This document shows, in pieces, positions 60,267 to 64,000 of a stretch of DNA of 64,000 nt. This stretch comes from a virus. Each line of letters opens with the position of its first letter. Position 1 is the stretch's first letter. The stretch is from the IMG/VR virus record IMGVR_UViG_3300024264_000023, positions 7,758-71,757 of that record. One strand, written 5' to 3'. Below the pieces are notes generated by a model. It saw nothing but the letters and a program-made list of their open reading frames with translations, made no database searches and was not told the origin of the DNA. The translations under genes and the position numbers were made by a program.

Positions 60267-62492
60267 TTAGCAGCTTGCTATAAGCTGTGCGTTTATAGTT
60301 GAAGGATCTTCATTTTCATTCCAAGATCCACTAGTATTAACTGCTAACTCTCTCCACGGATAAACTATTGTTCCTCCATTATTATATGTTGCATTTACAC
60401 CAGAACCTAATACAATTATTTTAACACCTTGATTATTTGCCTGAGAGGTTAATTGACCTATATAAGCATAATCAGTTGGATCAAATGCATCATCATCACC
60501 GCTTGGTAATACATCAGTTATTACAACAATGTATTTAGCCACATTAGGTCTAAATGCATTTAAAAAGTTTCCAGTTAGTACTTGACCTATTGCCATATCT
60601 GTTGGTTCAGGACCATTAACTCCATCACCTATTTGTACACATGTACCATCTACACCACCATTAAGTTTTTGAACTTGAGTATTTGCTGTTGTTCCATTAT
60701 TGTCTTGGAACATTTCCCATGCTGTTACATATTGAGTTACTCCAATTCCTGTATTAGCAATTTTTTGTGAAGAAGGTAATGATGTATAATCTACACATGC
60801 TGCATATTTTGGTGGGTCTGAGGCTTGTTCTTCATCAACAGTTACTATACCTATTCTATAGTTATTAGATCCTGAAGAAGTATCTATGGTATTAATTATA
60901 CCAGCCATACCTGCTTTAATATCGTTTATTTCACTACCCATGCTTCCTGTGTAGTCAATAATAAATGCTACATCCATACCAGCATCACACGGTGCACTTG
61001 CTGATGCAGTATTAAAATCTACTTTGTCACACTCTTTTGTTTGACCATTTATTATAATTTGAAGCTCTGCAGTATACGTTGTTGCTGCAGTTAGTCCTCC
61101 TATTGGTTGTGTAACTTGTGGACCTGGATTATTAATAACATATGTACCAACAACATTGCTTGTTGAAGCTTCTTTAATTATTAAGGTATACTGTGCTGTT
61201 AAGCCTAGTAAATTTGTAAAGTTTGCATTACCGCCTGATACTGTCATATCTGTAAATACTATACTTGGACAAGGGATTACACCATCTATAACTGAAGAAT
61301 CAACTGATTCACAAGTTGATGTTCCGTCAGTAACTTTAAAGTCTACAGAGACACTTATATTTCCATACTGATTTAATGTTGGTATTGGAAAATTGTAACC
61401 TCCCCCGTTAGATTGTAGCTGCGTCACATCTACTGTTGCTGTTGCACTTGAACCAAGTGAATCTGTTAAAGTAATAACAGAAGATCCAGCAGGTGTTGTA
61501 AATGAAGATGGTATAGATGATGATGTGAAATCAAAGTTTATAGCATCTATAGCTCCTGCAGCATTTAAAATATTACTTGTTGTATATCCAAAAACTACAC
61601 TATCACAACCTGTTGGACAACAATTTGTTTGTATAGATGAAACTGCATTATATAGATCATCAATAACAATCCATGCATTTTGAATACTTTGTGCAAGTGT
61701 ACTAGGATTATTATTATATCCAGTTATAGAACCGTATGTTGCTTCTGATGATAATGAACTTGTAGTCCCTATCAATGAAGTTTGACTTATTGCAGAGTTT
61801 ATCTGTGTTGGTGTTCCAACAGCACTTTCTAAAGCACAAAATCTTTGTTCTAAAGCAAGAAGAAGTACTGATACATCTGTTAAATTACCTACATTAATAA
61901 TACAAGTTGGTATAACTTGTTTTTCAGCCACAACTCCAGAACATGGTAAAACACATGCTTCTAATGTATTTAACCTATCATTATAACTTGAAAGAGTTGT
62001 ATTTATAATTTGAATACTTTCTAAGTTAGTACATACCTGATTGGCAATTAAACTTGCAAATAAATCTAAACGTAATTGTGTAACAGGATTTCCATTTTTA
62101 TCATTGTACTGCATACATGCAGGCAATGTCATTATAGGCAAACTATCTGTTGTTTGTATTGATCTAGCTAAATTTGAGCTTGTTCCTATAGTTGAACCGG
62201 AACTATTAGCACAAATTTGGTTAACCATTTCCTGTAGTACAGGTACCAAAGTTGTTGGTGTTTGACCTTGAATATTTAAACAAGTAAGGTTTAATCCACT
62301 AAGATTAGGATTAGCATCAACCCCGTTAGTAATTATATCACAAACTTTAGTTGCTAGTTTTGCTGTAACATCAGTTATTGTATCACCTGTACATAAATCA
62401 ATACATGCAATATCTGGACCTTGCCACACTACACAATTAGATGATATATTGTCACACCCGTTTGTTGAGGCACTTGAGCTTGTTGGGATCAT
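60267..62492 (-). CDS. Virion appendage protein with FN3-like and C-terminal vWA domains
   Basis: CV.WQGPDI.C N-terminus, coiled stalk, GLTAATTY, DVAFIIDYTGSMG, IVVITD. Confidence 0.75.
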   Translation of the reverse strand: MIPTSSSASTNGCDNISSNCVVWQGPDIACIDLCTGDTITDVTAKLATKVCDIITNGVDANPNLSGLNLTCLNIQGQTPTTLVPVLQEMVNQICANSSGSTIGTSSNLARSIQTTDSLPIMTLPACMQYNDKNGNPVTQLRLDLFASLIANQVCTNLESIQIINTTLSSYNDRLNTLEACVLPCSGVVAEKQVIPTCIINVGNLTDVSVLLLALEQRFCALESAVGTPTQINSAISQTSLIGTTSSLSSEATYGSITGYNNNPSTLAQSIQNAWIVIDDLYNAVSSIQTNCCPTGCDSVVFGYTTSNILNAAGAIDAINFDFTSSSIPSSFTTPAGSSVITLTDSLGSSATATVDVTQLQSNGGGYNFPIPTLNQYGNISVSVDFKVTDGTSTCESVDSSVIDGVIPCPSIVFTDMTVSGGNANFTNLLGLTAQYTLIIKEASTSNVVGTYVINNPGPQVTQPIGGLTAATTYTAELQIIINGQTKECDKVDFNTASASAPCDAGMDVAFIIDYTGSMGSEINDIKAGMAGIINTIDTSSGSNNYRIGIVTVDEEQASDPPKYAACVDYTSLPSSQKIANTGIGVTQYVTAWEMFQDNNGTTANTQVQKLNGGVDGTCVQIGDGVNGPEPTDMAIGQVLTGNFLNAFRPNVAKYIVVITDVLPSGDDDAFDPTDYAYIGQLTSQANNQGVKIIVLGSGVNATYNNGGTIVYPWRELAVNTSGSWNENEDPSTINAQLIASC

Positions 62493-62532
62493 AGATACTT
62501 AATTTTATTATAATGTAATGTTTGCTTGTAAA

Positions 62533-62560
62533 CTATACAATAATAATATACAAAAAATTT
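62533..62560 (-). promoter_or_regulatory. Candidate phage late promoter
   Basis: AAATTTTTTGTATATTATTATTGTATAG, preceded by the AAAATTTTAAAACCA/TGGTTTTAAAATTTT inverted repeat (62553-62596). Confidence 0.55.
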
Positions 62561-62621
62561 TAAAACCAAACAACTAATGCCTGGTTTTAAAATTTTGTTT
62601 AAGTAAATATGTAAAGTAAGT

Positions 62622-62876
62622 CTAAGCTTTTTCTTCTTCTATATCACTAATAGTACCATCTTCTAAACTAATGTTTACAGATCCATACTTTTCTTCTAAA
62701 GCTACACTCATATCTTTCCATTCTGCTTGAAGTTCAATATGTCTAGACACAAGTTGATTTTTTACAAGTTCAGCATTACCTATATTCATCAATAAAGTAT
62801 TGATTTCATTTTGCTTTACTTTTACTTCTTCTAATTCCTTTGCAGAAATTTTCTTTGCTTTTTTTGATTTTGCCAT
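62622..62876 (-). CDS. Small coiled-coil protein
   Basis: 84 aa; LEEKYGSVNISLEDG C-terminus. Confidence 0.7.
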   Translation of the reverse strand: MAKSKKAKKISAKELEEVKVKQNEINTLLMNIGNAELVKNQLVSRHIELQAEWKDMSVALEEKYGSVNISLEDGTISDIEEEKA

Positions 62877-62907
62877 TATAATTGGTTTTTAAAATTTGTA
62901 TACTCTT

Positions 62908-62915
62908 CAAAGATA
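62908..62915 (-). promoter_or_regulatory. Bacteroidota sigma -7 element TATCTTTG
   Basis: Exact TAnnTTTG in the intergenic gap upstream of 62876. Confidence 0.45.
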
Positions 62916-62930
62916 ATAATATTTTCTAAA

Positions 62931-63368
62931 CTACCAAGGAAGATCAACAACTAAATTTGTATCAGGTAATAAATCTTTCTTAATTATATTCTGCATTCCT
63001 GTTATATAATCATCCCGTAAATACTTTATTAAAAATGTTTTTACATCATTTTTAGATAATGATTTATAATCTTGTGTTACTACAACTCCTTCATCAGTAT
63101 CTTTTACAATGTATGATCCGTGTACAGTAACACTTTTCTTTTCATATGTTAATTTTAATGACTTGGGTATTACTAATGAACCTGTATAAGTAAATACTAT
63201 CTCCTTTATTAAAGAATTACCATCTGTAACTAAAGACTCAATATCAAAATAAAATCTTTGAGATAAGTGCTCTTTAACTACAGGTGCCTGTACTTTTTTA
63301 ACAACCTTCTTGACAACTTTCTTTTTTGTTACTTTTTTCTTAGTTGACGTTTTTTTCTTCTTTGTCAT
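62931..63368 (-). CDS. Hypothetical protein, possibly a fibre chaperone
   Basis: Lys-rich N-terminus; ends LPW; follows the collagen fibre gene. Confidence 0.6.
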   Translation of the reverse strand: MTKKKKTSTKKKVTKKKVVKKVVKKVQAPVVKEHLSQRFYFDIESLVTDGNSLIKEIVFTYTGSLVIPKSLKLTYEKKSVTVHGSYIVKDTDEGVVVTQDYKSLSKNDVKTFLIKYLRDDYITGMQNIIKKDLLPDTNLVVDLPW

Positions 63369-63395
63369 AATAGTTAGTTTAAATATTAAAATTGA

Positions 63396-64000
63396 TTACG
63401 GGCAAACACTTAATGTTACACAAGCTGTGCTTCCATCTTCAAAAGTAATTAGTAAATATTTAAATTTACCTTCAGTAAAATACTCTTGAGATTTTATACT
63501 GTTTGGTTTTCCATTTACAAAAATACTTCCACCACCATCACTTCCTGCAGGTCCAGCAGGTCCCTGTATTCCTTGTGGTCCTTGACTTCCCGTTGATCCA
63601 GTATTACCAGTAGGTCCTCTAGAACCTGTTGGCCCTTGACTACCAGTTGGCCCTTTATCACCTTGTGGGCCTTGCGGGCCTTGACTACCTGTAGCACCAG
63701 TTGATCCGGTTGCACCTCTAGGTCCAGTTGCTCCAGTTGCTCCTGGTGCTCCATCACTACCATCAGTACCATTACTTCCTGCCGGTCCTTGTGAACCTGT
63801 ATTTCCTTTAGCTCCAGCTGGTCCCTGGGCACCGGTAGTACCTGTAGCACCTCTTGCTCCCGTATCTCCTGTATCCCCTTTAGGTCCTGTCAAACCTGTT
63901 GGATTACCTACCCAGTCTCCTTTAATATTAATTACTTCATTACCGTCTATTTTAACAGATCCTACATCCGCAACTCCTTTAAGTTTTAATTGACCAGTAG
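63396..64000 (-). CDS. Collagen-like fibre protein (5' partial)
   Basis: Uninterrupted G-X-Y run at about 63540-63895; frame open to the window edge. Confidence 0.85.
   Translation of the reverse strand, partial: TGQLKLKGVADVGSVKIDGNEVINIKGDWVGNPTGLTGPKGDTGDTGARGATGTTGAQGPAGAKGNTGSQGPAGSNGTDGSDGAPGATGATGPRGATGSTGATGSQGPQGPQGDKGPTGSQGPTGSRGPTGNTGSTGSQGPQGIQGPAGPAGSDGGGSIFVNGKPNSIKSQEYFTEGKFKYLLITFEDGSTACVTLSVCP

Noticed and set aside
3487-63850. The many short antisense or alternate-frame ORFs in the track (e.g. 8040-8402, 13498-13896, 24643-24948, 63515-63850)
   Set aside because: They are nested in long, well-supported genes and are shadows of codon bias or collagen repeats.
1-64000. Stop-codon reassignment, as in some crAss-like phages
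   Set aside because: Very long ORFs are intact in code 11, and both TAG (nrdA, RNAP) and TGA (ATGA overlaps) act as real stops.
1-64000. CRISPR array, tRNA or rRNA genes
   Set aside because: Intergenic gaps are short, and no regularly spaced direct repeats or cloverleaf structures were seen.

Overview
This is a 64 kb, very AT-rich, densely coding segment of a large lytic crAss-like (Crassvirales-related) podophage. The host is probably an aquatic Bacteroidota/Flavobacteriia, inferred from A-rich Shine-Dalgarno-less starts, TAnnTTTG promoters and a Flavobacterium-type class Id RNR. Bases 1-2.8 kb (+) are the end of an early/middle block: SPL-like radical SAM, DUF932-like, small membrane proteins and a dNTP diphosphohydrolase-like gene. 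The rest is mostly a minus-strand virion module: collagen, vWA and FN3 appendages, a metallophosphoesterase, an HU/IHF-like protein, ring/tube proteins, a tail stabilisation protein, candidate ejection proteins including a 4669-aa virion RNA polymerase polyprotein (DFDID), two holin-like genes and three paralogous fibres. A plus-strand nrdB-nrdA island interrupts it. The most notable observations are: (1) a recurring [A/K/F/M]-[Q/K]-x-G-G motif that punctuates several virion cargo proteins into discrete effector-like modules, a candidate packaging/processing code; (2) a NADAR-like domain near the C-terminus of the virion RNAP; (3) a candidate 3'-UTR sRNA whose loop is complementary to AAAACCAA translation-initiation elements; (4) a repeated TGTATATTA late-promoter motif. 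All family calls come from motif recognition by eye, not database searches.
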